A stretch of 64,000 nucleotides of DNA, from the NCBI RefSeq assembly GCF_044704955.1, contig NC_091991.1, positions 152,644,001 through 152,708,000 on the forward strand, in the 5' to 3' direction. The notes under the pieces are model-generated. The model did no database searches, was not told the origin of the DNA, and was given only the letters and a program-made list of their open reading frames with translations. The DNA comes from Pristiophorus japonicus. Its lineage: Eukaryota. The translations under genes were made by a program, and so were the position numbers. How positions within the stretch are numbered: the stretch's first letter is position 1; each line of letters starts with the position of its first letter. Below, one piece after another: positions 12,478-24,792 of the stretch.

Positions 12478-13965
12478 ACAAGAACATAAGAAATAGGAAC
12501 AGGAATAGGCCATACGACCCCTCGAGCCTGCTCCGCCATTCAATAAGATCATGGCTGATCTGATCATGGACTCAGCTCCATTTCCCTGCCTGCTCCCTAT
12601 AACCCCTTATCCCCTTATTGTTTAAGAAACTGTCTATTTCTGTCTTAAATTTATTCAATGTCCCAGCTTCCACAGCTCTCTGAGGCAGCGAATTCCACAG
12701 ATTTACAACTCTCTGAAAGCAGAAATCTTTCCTCACCTCGGTTTTAAATGGGCGGCCCCTTATTCTAAGATCATGCCCACTAGTTCTAGTCTCCCCTATC
12801 AGTGGAAACATCCTCTCTGCATCCACCTTGTCAAGTCCCCTCATAATTTTCTATGTTTCAATAAGATCACCTCTCATTCTTCTGAATTCCAATGAGTAGA
12901 GGCCCAACCTACACAACCTTTCCTCATAAGTCAACTCCCTCATCCCCGGAATCAACCTTGTAAACCTTCTCTGAACTGCCTCCAAAGCAAGTATATCCTT
13001 TCGTAAATATGGAAACCAAAACTGCACGCAGTATTCCAGGTGTGGCCTCACCAATATCTTAAATAGCTGTGTCCAGACTTCCCTGCTTTTATACTCCATC
13101 GTCTTTGCAATAAAGGCCAAGATTCCATTGGCCAGCCTGACAACTTGCTGTACCTGAATACTATCCTTTTGTGTTCCATGCACAAGTACCCCCAGGTCCC
13201 GCTGTACTGCAGCACTTTGCAATCTTTCTTCATTTAAATAATAACTTGTTCTTAGATTTTTTTTCTGCCAAAGTGCATGACTTCACACTTTCCAACATTA
13301 TAGTCCATCTGCCAAATTTTTGCCCACTCACTTAGCCTGTCTATGTCCTTTTGCAGATTTGTGTCATCCTCACACATTGTTTTTCCTACCATCTTTGTAT
13401 CGTCAGCAAACTTGGCTACGTTACACTCAGTCCCTTCTGCCAAGTCGTTAATATAGATTGTAAATAGTTGGGGTCCCAGCACTGATCCCTGCGGCACCCC
13501 ACTAGTTACTGGTTGCCAACCAGAGAATGAACCATGTATCCCGACTCTCTGTTCTCTGTTAGTTAGCCAATCCTCTATCCGTGCTAATATATTACCCCCA
13601 ACCCCGTGAACTTTTATCTTGTGCAGTAACCTTTTATGTGGCACCTTGTCAAATGCCTTCTGGAAGTCCAAATAAATCACATCCACTGGTTCCCCTTTAT
13701 CCACCCTGTTCGTTACATTCTCAAAGAATTCCAGCAAATTTGTCAAATATGACTTCCCCTTCATAAATCCATGCTAACTCTGCCTGACCAAATTTTGCTT
13801 TTCCAAATGTCCTGCTACTGCTTCTTTAATAATGGACTCCAACATTTTCCCAACCACAGATGTTAGGCTAACTGGTCTATAGTATCCTGCTTTTTGTCTG
13901 CCTCCTTTTTTAAATAAGGGAGTTACATTTACAATTTTCCAATCTGCTGGGACCTTCCCAGAATT
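12478..13965 (-). mobile_element. CR1 LINE, 5'-truncated ((gttcttat)n tail subfamily)
   Basis: YRPVSLTSVVGK, YLDFQKAFDKVPH, GVPQGSVLGP, FADDTK, with frameshifts and stops. Confidence 0.95.
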
Positions 13966-14013
13966 GTGAATGGTTCTATCCCAATAAGGCACATAGAGAT
14001 GTGATGATTCCTT

Positions 14014-14200
14014 AGGGGCAATTTTAACCTAACCTGCCTGTGGGAAACTGACGGAATTGGGTGCAATGCTGGTTTTACACCACGCCCGATTATACTCTCC
14101 ATAACAGTCAACGGAGAGTAATATTGGGTGGGGTGTAGAATCAGTGTTCCACCCAATCCCGTGGGGTTCCTGCCTGGCAAGATAGGCTAAAATTGCCCCC
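14014..14200. mobile_element. Palindromic MITE
   Basis: TIR ggggcaattttaaccta / taggctaaaattgcccc. Imperfect hairpin centred on ctctccataacagtcaacggagag. Confidence 0.7.
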
Positions 14201-14373
14201 CTTGTGTCCCGTTTGCAACCATTATTGCAAGGTCATGCTTTAATCTGTATAAAACATCCAGCTTTGCTGCAGAAAAGGTGGAAATTAATTCAACGAGCCC
14301 AAAATAATTGCAAAATTTGCAAATACCTTATTTATGATCCAATTTTGTGGGGGAAGTGTGCTATGCTAACTAT

Positions 14374-15426
14374 GGGCCCAATTTTGGCCATGACTTGCAT
14401 CAATTTTTTTGGAGTAAATTGGTTTTTCTGACGTAAGTTTAAAAACCCCATTTTCCCCATTAAACTTGCTCCAGAGTAACTTAGTTAGGTACGATTTTTT
14501 TTAGTTCCCTTTTTTTTTCAAAAGGGGGCATTCCTGGACACTTACGCCAGTTTTGGCCATTTATGCCACTTTGGCCAGCTAACACTTACACCAAATCGAC
14601 TTAGGTCAGCGTATGTGGCCAGCTCTGAAAAACGTTGCGGGCAGTTAAGAAATCGGCGCAGGTAAGTAAGCACCAAGCAGCAAACATTCCAAATAAGAGT
14701 TAAAATAAATAAATAAAAATAAAGAACTCAGGTAAACAATTGATTAACAATTCAATATTTGAAATAAATCCTACCCTGGGCAGGGGAAAGCAGCGGGCCA
14801 GCCCGTACGTGAGGCCATTCGGCATGGGATAGGGGCAGCCAGCAAAGACCCATCGGGAGGGAGGGAGAGGAAAGGCTGGGCTCGGTGGCCTGTGCGGGAG
14901 GCCACTCGGCCTGGGCTAGGGGCGGCACGACAACGTACAACGGGAGGCCACTCGGCCTGGGCTTGGGGTGGGAGCGATCGGCATCGGGATTCAACCGGTT
15001 TTCTACGGGGAGAGAGAGAGGCTGGGCTACAAATGAATGGGGGGGGGGGGGGAGGAGGAGAACGAGTGAACGCGGCATCTGTGGGGAGAGAGAGGCTGGG
15101 CTACAAATGAACGGAGGAGGAGAGCGAGTCAACGTGGTATCTATGGGAAGAGAGAGGCTGGGCCGATTGCCAAATATCAGCACTACTGCGCATGCGTGGA
15201 CATCGCGACCTGACTACAATGAGCATGTGCAGACGTCCCGGCACTGTTTTCAGTGCAGGACGCTGGCTCCACCCCCGACTCGACTGGGCACGCTGCGCGA
15301 CGACTGGGGAGAGGCCGGACAGCGGCCAAAGTGGGGAGGAATTTTTTTCGGCGCACTTCTGAACGGAAAAAAGCGCCGCTTCTCCGGTAAGTGCGCCGAA
15401 AAAAGGGGTGGGACTAAATTGAGCCC
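14374..15426. mobile_element. PIF/Harbinger-type non-autonomous DNA transposon
   Basis: TIR gggcccaattt / aaattgagccc with 3-bp TSD TAT on both sides. Confidence 0.8.
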
Positions 15427-15609
15427 TATGTTCCCAACTGCCTATGCGATATTTGCGGTGACACTACCATTTACCTCATTTAAGATAAAATATATTTTCT
15501 ATTCTTTTGAATAATGTAAACACTTACTTTTTCATCTCCTTCGAACCATAAGATAAATAGCTCTTTATAATTTTATTGAGATATATTGGTAGTACATGTA
15601 AACATTGCA

Positions 15610-15920
15610 TGAGGAGAAAATGCAAAAAATAGAGACAGAATGAGAATGCAAGAGAAAGAGATGTAAAGGGAGACAACCAGGGAGAAAGGAGAGAGAAACA
15701 TATAGAAAGAGAGACAGACAGAGAGAAACAGATGGAAAGAGGGGGACAGACAGGGAGAGGGATACAAAAGTGAGGGAATGAGAGAGAAACAAATTTAAAG
15801 AGAGAGTGAAGAAAACAGAGTGCAAATGGGAGATGGACAGGAGAGAGAGAGAGAAGAAAGTGAGAATGAGAATGAGAGGCAAACAGAAAGAAAGCCAAGA
15901 AAGAAAATCAAAGAGGAAGG
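15610..15920. repeat. GA-rich low-complexity / degenerate microsatellite
   Basis: Runs of gaga and gaaa. Confidence 0.85.
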
Positions 15921-16370
15921 AATAACAATATTCTGGCAATAGATTCTGAAAAACATCTCTCAACATTAATGGTTCTGTGAGACAATATAGAGAACAATAA
16001 AACTATTATTTTCATTTATCCACTTTGAAGAGAAAACAAGTGAAAATATCTGTCGTCAATAAATATGAGACAGATAGCTTTGTGAAATAAATCTTTTTTG
16101 ACATTTGACATGGAAGTGTAATGAATTTTATTGAGCTTTATTGATTTTGGTCACAATATTGTTTACTATCCTCCTACATAAAGTTTGTCAACTTGTGCTG
16201 AATTTACCAAGGAAATACTGCGAGGTAATCATTGTTCTTTGAGAGACTGTGCCAGTTGGAGCAGAAATATTGTCCATCAAATCACCGATGTTGTGCAAGT
16301 AACATTTTGGGTCCAGCTTAAAGCTTTCTTTGATTTTGATGGTACAGATTACCCTTCATGGTCATAGTTT

Positions 16371-16722
16371 CAGCCGTGGCTCAGTGGGTAGCACACCTGC
16401 CTTCGAGTCAGAAGGTCGTGGGTTTATAAGCCCCTGGAGTGGGACTGAGCACAGCACTGTCGGAAAAGCCATCTTTTCGGATGAGACACCTGCCCTCTCA
16501 TGAGGACGTAAAAGATCCCATAGCGCTGTTCGAAGAAAAGCAGGGGAGTTCTCCCTAGTGTCCTGGCCAATATTTAGCCCTTAACCAACACCTAAAAACA
16601 GACTATCTGGTCATTAGCACATTGCTGTTTGCAAGTTGGCTGCCACGTTTCCTACATTACAACAGTGACTGAACTTCAAGAGTATTTAATTGGCTGTGAA
16701 ATACTTTGGGACGTCCTGAGAA
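16371..16722 (+). mobile_element. DeuSINE (SacSINE1-like)
   Basis: tRNA head gccgtggctcagtgggtagcac (A box) followed by the Deu body. Confidence 0.85.
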
Positions 16723-16814
16723 TGAAGGAACAGTGATATATGTCCAGGTTGGGATGGTATGTGACTTGGAGGGGGCGACTATTCAGCACCATAAGGACAT
16801 AATTGTGACAGCAT

Positions 16815-18258
16815 CAGCTGTGACTCAGTGGGTAGCACACTCACCTCTGAGTCAGAAAGTTGTGGGTTCAAGTCCCACTCCAAGGACTTGAGCATATAAA
16901 TCTAGGTTGACATCCCAGTGCTGAGGGAGTGCTGCAATGTCGGATGCGACGTTAAACCGAAGTCCCGTCTGCCCTCTCAGGTGGACATAAACATCCCATG
17001 GCGCTTTTTCGAAGAAGAGCAGGGGAGTTATCCCCAGTGTCCTGGCCAATATTTATCCCTCAATCAACATAACAAAAACAGATTATCTGGTCATTATCAC
17101 ATTGCTGTTATTGGGAGTTTGCTGTGCGCAAGTTGGCTGCCGCGTTTCCCACATTACAACATAGAAACATAGAAACATAGAAAATAGGTGCAGGAGTAGG
17201 CCATTCGGCCTTTCTAGCCTGCACTGCCATTCAATGAGTTCATGGCTGAACATGCAACTTCAGTAACCCATTCCTGCTTTCTCGCCATACCCCTTGATCC
17301 CCCTAGTAGTAAGGACTTCATCTAACTCCTTTTTGAATATATTTAGTGAATTGGCCTCAACAACTTTCTGTGGTAGAGAATTCCACAGGTTCACCACTCT
17401 CTGGGTGAAGAAGTTTCTCCTCATCTCGGTCCTAAATGGCTTACCCCTTATCCTTAGATTGTGTCCCCTGGTTCTGGACTTCCCCAACATTGGGAACATT
17501 CTTCCTGCATCTAACCTGTCTAACCCCGTCAGAACTTTAAACGTTTCTATGAGGTCCCCTCTCATTCTTCTGAACTCCAGTGAATACAAGCCCAGTTGAT
17601 CCAGTCTTTCTTGATAGGTCAGTCCCGCCATCCCGGGAATCAGTCTGGTGAACCTTCGCTGCACTCCCTCAATAGCAAGAATGTCCTTCCTCAGGTTAGG
17701 AGACCAAAACTGTACACAATACTCCAGGTGTGACCTCACCAAGGCCCTGTACAACTGTAGTAACACCTCCCTGCCCCTGTACTCAAATCCCCTCGCTATG
17801 AAGGCCAACATGCCATTTGCTTTCTTAACCGCCTGCTGTACCTGCATGCCAACCTTCAATGACTGATGTACCATGACACCCAGGTCTCGTTGCACCTCCC
17901 CTTTTCCTAATCTGTCACCATTCATATAATAGTCTGTTTCTCTGTTTTTACCACTAAAGTGGATAACCTCACATTTATCCACATTATACTTCATCTGCCA
18001 TGCATTTGCCCACTCACCTAACCTATCCAAGTCGCTCTGCAGCCTCATAGCATCCTCCTCGCAGCTCACACTGCCACCCAACTTAGTGTCATCCGCAAAT
18101 TTGGAGATACTACATTTAATCCCCTTGTCTAAATCATTAATGTACAGTGTAAACAGCTGGGGCCCCAGCACAGTGACTACATTACAAAAGTACTTCATTG
18201 GCTGCAAAGCGCTATGAAATGTCCGGTGGTCGTGAAAGGTGCTATATAAATGCAAGTC
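16815..18258 (+). mobile_element. Full-length DeuSINE split by a CR1 insertion
   Basis: A box tgactcagtggg, B box gggttcaagtccc. The body runs to ...cacattacaac (17160) and resumes at agtgactac...gctatataaatgcaag (18171-18258). Confidence 0.85.
17161..18170 (-). mobile_element. CR1 LINE, 5'-truncated
   Basis: Open RT C-terminal frame (LGPQLFTLYINDL...GMGY) and (atagaaac)n tail. Near-identical to 10808-11897. Confidence 0.95.
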
Positions 18259-19434
18259 AATAAATAAATAGTGGAGTGTGTTGGATGTTATATTGTGAGC
18301 TAAGGAGGAATGGGAATGCGTAGAGGAGCAATGATCAATAAAATAAGAGTAAGAGGAACAGGAAATAGTTGTGATGAAGAGGGAGACTGGAGCTAGGGGT
18401 GAGGCAGGAATTGTCCATCAGGTGACGATCTTTTCCTCACAACGACCCACATACCAGAAGGAAACCTTTTTAAAAAGATTTTTTGTTTAAAAAATTGGAA
18501 AGATACACATACTTAGAAAGTGATCTGATAGCCTGCGAACAGGCCCAGTAACTATTAGAATGGCTGAGACAGAAACAACAACAGGGTTATTTCGCCTCAT
18601 CCTAACATTGATTCAGCATCTCCACATTTGCAAGTGAGATAATATGTGTTGCATACTTGATGAGCATGAGCAATGGTTGGAAACTGCATCAACAAACAGC
18701 TACGTGGCACGCTGCCTGGAATATTTTGTTTCTTTAGTGCTATTAGGCTGTCGAAATCAAAATGTTAGGCAGCCCAAAATGAGCGGAATGCCTGCCATAT
18801 TGGACCCTTAGGCGCCCATTTTATGCCTGTAAGATGGGTGCAGTGCGATCCAATTTCTAGGCCATACTTTCTTCCCCACACCACCCCCATTTCATTTGTT
18901 TGCTTAAATCTCCTGGTGACTGGACCCATCAATAAATACAGACCGTGAAAGATTAGATTGTTGCATGACAGAAGAACATACTGGCACTTTGGGCCCAGAA
19001 GTGTATGCTACCAATTCAAGGTCTCCATGATTTAACGACCATTCATTAATACGGATGGAAAATCGTGTGTTGGGTTGGGGGTGTGGGGGTGGGGGGGGGG
19101 GGGGGGAGGGGTTGTGCCGAGCTCCACACCCAAACTCCCGACATGTGCTCCCATCAGGCAAACCTCTGTGTCAGGAGCACTGCATTATAACATTTACCTC
19201 GAAATGTTTTGCTGATGATGTGACAAATTTATTTTACTCTTGAGATTCAAGTTTAATAATTCGGTTGTGAGGAACTTTCAGAATAGAGCCAGCATCTCCT
19301 CCAGCCTGGATGTCTTTCAGTTGGTGGAGGCAAAAAGGTGTGTGGGATTGATGCTGAAAGAGGTCAACATTTAAAATGTTACTTGTCCTGTGAGACCACA
19401 AATGCCCATGGCATTCTTCTGTCTTGTCCGCACA

Positions 19435-20690
19435 GGAGTGGGCAAAAAAGATTTACAAGGATGATAACTGAACTGAGAGGTTATACTTATACAGGCTGGG
19501 GCTCTTTTCTCTAGACCTCGTGACCTAATAGAGGTCTACAAAATGATAATGGTTTTGATATGGGAAACGTAGAGAAGATGTTACCACTTGTGAGGGAGAC
19601 CAAAACTAACGGCTGGATTTTTGGCTTTCTCTGTTTCGGGGTGAAAACGGAGGCGGGGCAGGAAAATTACCACCCAATTAGCATTACCAATTAATTGCCT
19701 AACTTTCAGCGTTTGGAGTCTGTGCCAGGAGCGCAAAGGGAGACATTGCACTATTTTCGCGGCACAAAACCGGGACCCTTGCCAACTTTAGTGCGGGGCT
19801 GGGAGCGCTGTGAGAGAGACCTTGGGAGAGGGGGGGGATAAAAAAAATCAAAAAAGTATTTAAAAAACATTGCCAACACCCTTACCTGACAAATCGATGC
19901 AAAAATATTAAAAAATAAAAACTTGAACTTACCTTTTTTTCAGTTGTTCCAACTCACCGCTGCCGGCAGGGCGGGACCGCCGTCTTTTCCCTGGCGGTCA
20001 GCGGGGCGCGGTGTACGGGCTGGGTGAGTCTCGAAACTCGGTCGTTGTTGCAATCCGAGTCGTTACACAGCTCTCGCCGGCGGTTCTAACCGCTGCCGCA
20101 AAAACGAGCCGGGGATTGCGCCCGGGCGAAAGACAGCTGGGCGCCCGATTTTTCGCCGCAGAGGGTCAAAACCCGGTCACAAACCACCCAAAAATCCAGC
20201 CCATAGAGCCATAAATATAAGATAGGCACGAATAAATCCAATAGGGAATTCAGGAGAAATTTCTGCACCCAGAGAGTGGTTAGAATATGGAACTCGCTAC
20301 CAAAAGGAGTAGTTGAGGCGAATAGCAGAGATGCATTTAACAGGAAGCTGGATAAACACGAGGGAGAAAGGAATAAATGGATCTGTTGATAGGGTTAGAT
20401 GAAGAGGGGTGGGAGGAGGCTGGTGTGGAGCATAAACGTCAGCATAGACCAAAAAAGTATTTAAAAAACATTGGCAACACCCTTACCTGACAAATCGATG
20501 CAAAAATATAAAAAAATAAAAACTTGAACTTACCTTTCTTTCAGTTGGTCCAACTCACCGCTGCCGGCAGGGCGGGACCGCCATTTTTTCCCTGGCGGTC
20601 AGCGGGGCACGGTGTACGGGCTGGGTGAGTCTCGAAACTCGGTCGAATGGCCTTTTCTGTGCTGTACATTCTATGTAATTCTATGTAATA
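19435..20690 (+). mobile_element. Older CR1-type 3' fragment interrupted by a MITE and a duplicated segment
   Basis: gacctaatagaggtctacaaaat..., aggagaaatttctgcacccagagagtggttagaat..., tail gaatggccttttctgtgctgtacattctatgta. Confidence 0.75.
19611..20202. mobile_element. Harbinger-type MITE
   Basis: TIR ggctggatttttgg / ccaaaaatccagccc. The CR1 sequence is continuous across it. Confidence 0.8.
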
Positions 20691-20745
20691 TTTGTGCCAA
20701 AACACACAATGAAATAAATATGCAGGAGGCGCAGTTATTCCTTAC

Positions 20746-20812
20746 CATGGGCATCTCGGTAATAGGCATGCGTCACGCTACGAAACCTCTCCTGTCCTGC
20801 AGTATCCCAGAT
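20746..20812 (-). CDS. RAB26: RAB26 internal coding exon (G3/switch II region; exon 4 by mammalian numbering)
   Basis: Minus strand reads tttgtcttctgatttcag|ATCTGGGATACTGCAGGACAGGAGAGGTTTCGTAGCGTGACGCATGCCTATTACCGAGATGCCCATG|gtaag = IWDTAGQERFRSVTHAYYRDAH+G. 67 bp with canonical AG/GT. RSVTHAYYRDA is diagnostic of RAB26/RAB37, and DAH (not DAQ) favours RAB26. Confidence 0.93.
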
Positions 20813-21224
20813 CTGAAATCAGAAGACAAATCCCACGAGTTATTCTTGTTAAGTTTCCTGTCGAAAGATCAGTGGTTTCATTGAGCCTTCCATCAGTTTG
20901 ATATGAATTCAATTTCCTGCACATCACATTGTGTTATTTCTGATAAGAACACATATGAGTGTGCAGTCACATATAACATACACCAGTATAGCAATCACAG
21001 TCTAAGACTGATGAGAGATGATAAACCTCAGCCATGCTATTTGTGTAAGATACCGTTCGAACTTTTCTGTGGCATCATTTTTGTTATTCGGTCACAGAAT
21101 GCGGAGGCCACAGGCTGCAGGTCCCTCTCTTGTGAAGTCGATAGATCAGGTCTTCTTTTAGAACTGCCGCAGTCCCCGTGATGATGGTGCCTACACAGGT
21201 TATTATCTCACTTGGTGGCAGATT

Positions 21225-21876
21225 TGCTACAGGGCTGTAGTGATACCCGCCCTCCTGTATGGTTCAGAGACAAGGACCAGGTACAGTAAACACCTCAAGT
21301 CGCTGGAGAAATACCAACAACGATGTCTCCGCAAGATCCTGCAAATCCCCTGGGAGGACATATGCACCAACTTTAGTGTCCTCGACCAGGCCAACATCCC
21401 CAGCATTGAAGCACTGACCACACTTGATCAGCTCCGCTGGGCAGGCCACACTGTTCGCATGCCAGACATGAGACTACCAAAGCAAGCGCTCTATTTGGAA
21501 CTCCTTCACGACAAACAAGCCAAAGGTGGGCAGAGGAAACATTACAAAGGCATCCTCAAAGCCTCCCTGATAATGTGCAACATTCCCACTGACACCTGGG
21601 AGTCCCTGGCCAAAGACCGCCCTAAGTGGAGGAAGTGCATCCGGGAGGGCGCTGAACATCTCGAGTCTCATCGCCGAGAGCATGCAGAAACCAAGCGCAG
21701 GCAGCGAAAAGAGCGTGCGGCAAATCAGTTCCACCCACCTTTTCCCTCAAGAACTATCTGTCCCACCTGTGACAGGGTCTGTGGCTCTCATATTGGACTG
21801 TTCAGCCACCTAAGGACTCATTTTTAGTGGAAGCAAGTCTTCCTCGATTCCGAGGGACTGCCTATGATGATGATGA
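21225..21876 (+). mobile_element. RTE-clade LINE 3' end
   Basis: IPALLYGSET, QLRWAGH..RMPD.RLPKQ, C-terminal CPTCDRVCGSHIGLFSHLRTH, and (atg)n tail. Confidence 0.92.
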
Positions 21877-21989
21877 TATCTCACTAAGCACGCAGGCAAA
21901 TTAGGCACCAAATACGTAGATGGCAGCTAAACAACAGCACGCTGATGAGGTACAATAGAGAGAATAAAGCAACCCCACCCTCATGCCAC

Positions 21990-22142
21990 CTCCTTAAAAA
22001 GCCAAGTCTTTGACCAAACTTTTGGTCACCCCTCCTACTATCACCTTCTTTGGCTCCGTGTCCATTTTGGCCAGATTATGCATCAGTGAGGACATCCTTG
22101 GATATTCCACGTTGTTAAAGACACTATACAAGTGCCTGTTGC
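21990..22142 (+). mobile_element. L2 3' UTR fragment
   Basis: ctccttaaaa...tttgaccaaacttttggtcacc...gttaaagacactatac. Confidence 0.65.
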
Positions 22143-23579
22143 TGTAGTAGCAGTAATATAATGGTTTGAAAATCATGCACAGCACACGCCCAACTCAGCC
22201 CCTCATCTTTTCTCCTCATGTGAGATGCATAAGGAGTTCATTCTGACCCTGTTTATTTTTTGCGAACATTGAAATGCTAGCATTGCCCTGACATTCGTGT
22301 CTGACCAATTATTGCTAAACCATTTGGTGATTTTTGTTTGTCACAATCTAGTACTGTCCAGGCCAATGTAAATTCGGAGATCAATGTGCTGAATCCAGTA
22401 GATTTATTGACTGATCTCTATTAGCCTCGAAGATAAGAATTAGAATTCTTCAGGATTAGCCGTCAGAGTCTAATCATTTAAGTGTTCAAGAAGTCAAAGA
22501 TAAAGAGATTATCCTAATCTCACTGGCAGGCACCTTGGATAATGAGGGCATGGCAAATCGGGAATTTTTGTGTTTTTTTGTTTGGTAAACCTCGGATCAA
22601 AGTAATGGACATCCACCTCACTAAGCTACAGAATGCAAGACCGACACTCTCATTTTGAAGAAGTGTTTGAACAGTATCACACACAAATAGCATGGCTAAG
22701 GTTTCTCATCTCTGGTCAGTCTTACATAACAGATTTCCCCGAGATAGCTGGGGAAGGGGGAGCAGACTTTGGAGGCGACAGGCCCTGTTCTCTCTGCATA
22801 CTGAGCTATTAGGAAACCCACTGTATTGCCCAGTCTAGGGGGGATATATCTTATACACACCACAATTCCCAGCCATAGCATCTCACAACCACATTTAAAG
22901 ACTACTAACATTTCTATTTACTTGTTTGCAATAGAAGCCCCAAGGAATAGTTCAAGCTGTTAGTTTTCAGCTCGGACATAAAAGCAACAAACTCTGTAGG
23001 TGAACAGGGTCTCACTTTAAAGGCCTTTGGAACTTTAAAGGCTTTTGAAAACCTGACTATTTCATTAAAGGACTTGCTGGTTATCAACAGACTATAAGAA
23101 TTGGCTTAACAAAAAAACAAGGTTCCGTGAACGCTGTGTACACCGATCCTAGTTCTAGTCTATGAAGTACTGCATTTATTTAGTGTCTTTTAACAACCTC
23201 AGGACATTGCAAAACATGTTAGTGGGTGTGGTCCATTCGATCAGATGATTAACTTCCTGCAATTCAGGCTCCAACCCGACACTGTACAGTGTTTTTTCAG
23301 AAAATACTGGGGGTGAGGGGAGTGGGAGGGGCATGTCGGTTGGGAGCCTGGGACCATGAAAAATTCTACCCAGCAAATCCTACTAGACAGTAACTGCTGG
23401 AAGAACAGTATAAAATATATATACAGTATAAAACATGAATTTGGTCCTTTTTCTGTCACATATCCTTATGGAAGTTTGCCTTCTTTTCTCCTCTTCTCTG
23501 TCTCTCTGTTGTCCATCCTGGAGGAAGAGCTCATTTTCTTTGCAGTGATTTGGCAGAGGCAACAGAATAGAGCTTTTAA

Positions 23580-23700
23580 CATTTCCCACATTACAACAGT
23601 GACTACACTCCAAAAGTACTTAATTGGCTGTAGAGCACTTTTGTTTTGAGACGTCCGGTGGTCGTGAAAGGTACTATATAAATGCAAGTCTTTCTTTCTT
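23580..23700 (+). mobile_element. DeuSINE 3' tail
   Basis: cattacaacagtgactacac...tatataaatgcaagtctttctttc. Confidence 0.8.
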
Positions 23701-24009
23701 TAAATTCTTTTGCCAGGTTTTGCTGATGTTACAGATTAAATCTTTTTTTTAGTTTGAGAATCGTCACAAACACACTTGGAGCCCATCGATTTTAAGATTA
23801 ATCTATTTTACAACTGGTATTGGCTGTTGTGATTAAAAAATAAGAACATTGCCCACTTGACTAATTTTTGAACAGTACTTTAATGTTATTGAACCTAATA
23901 AGTGAATTAAATTGTTTTATTTACACGGCTCCCACCAAAATCTGTGAAGCTTCTGTTCCCTCACGAGTTGGAGTGCGACATTTTATATTGGGTCAGAGGA
24001 CGGACATAC

Positions 24010-24051
24010 CTGTAACTTAACCTTCACTCCATCCACGTTCAATACTTTATT
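24010..24051 (-). CDS. RAB26: RAB26 internal coding exon (exon 3 by mammalian numbering)
   Basis: Minus strand reads pyrimidine tract ...tttcatttcag|AATAAAGTATTGAACGTGGATGGAGTGAAGGTTAAGTTACAG|gtatgt = NKVLNVDGVKVKLQ. 42 bp, phase 0/0, splices in frame to the 67-bp exon. Closer to RAB26 NKVLDVDGVKVKLQ than to RAB37 NKVVTVDGVRVKLQ. Confidence 0.92.
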
Positions 24052-24217
24052 CTGAAATGAAAAAAAGGAGAATGTAAACTGAATTGTACTGTACAACCTT
24101 TTCACATCTCAAAATAGCAACACAACTATTACAAGAACAGCTGACCAACTGTATTTCATCAATTTGTGGTTCTTTATTTGTTTTTCACTTATAGATTGGA
24201 TGCCTAGTTAAGATTCC

Positions 24218-24555
24218 ATGCCTTGGCCCTCTCTATCTCTGTAACCTCCTCCAGCCCTACAACCACCAGAGATCTCTGCGCTCCTCCACTTCCGCGGCCC
24301 TGATTTTAATCGTTCTACCATTCGCGGCCATGATTTCAACTTCTGAGGCCCCAAGCTCTGGAATTTCCTCTCTAAACCACTCCATCTCTCCAACTTGCTT
24401 TCCTTTTTTACGACGCTCCTTAAAACCTTCGACCAAGCTTTTGGTCACTTGTCTTAATATCACCTTGTGTGGCGCAGTGTTTTTTTTATAACGCTCCTGT
24501 TAAGCACCTTGGGATGTTTTACTACGTTAAAGACACTATATAAATGCAAGTTCTT
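24218..24555 (+). mobile_element. L2 LINE 3' end
   Basis: Same 3' UTR as the other L2 copies. Confidence 0.8.
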
Positions 24556-24792
24556 GTTTGTTTGTTGTTGGATACTGTAAACTTTGCTTAAGATCACATT
24601 TATACCAGATTAAAAGATCCCAAGATAGGTTGAGATGAACAAGCTCTGCAGCCTATTCGTCCTCATCTTTAAAAAGGAACGAAAGACCTGCATTTATTTA
24701 GTGTCTTTTAACAACCTCAGGACATTGCAAACACTTTAGTGGGTGTGGTCCATTCATTCAGATGATTAAGTTCCTGCAATCCAAGTTTCTGC

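Noticed and set aside
15524-15966. Hydrophobic Leu/Ser/Phe-rich ORFs
   Set aside because: Translation of a CT/GA low-complexity tract.
16371-16445. tRNA gene
   Set aside because: tRNA-derived head of a SINE, followed by the Deu body. The same applies at 16815, 26743, 58930-59000 and 60612.
17260-18255. 331-aa ORF that looks like a standalone RT gene
   Set aside because: It is a chimera of an antisense SINE tail and a 5'-truncated CR1. The start codon is fortuitous.
19071-19112. G-quadruplex-like G runs
   Set aside because: Simple poly-G tract with no further evidence of function. Similar runs occur at 15040 and 42353.
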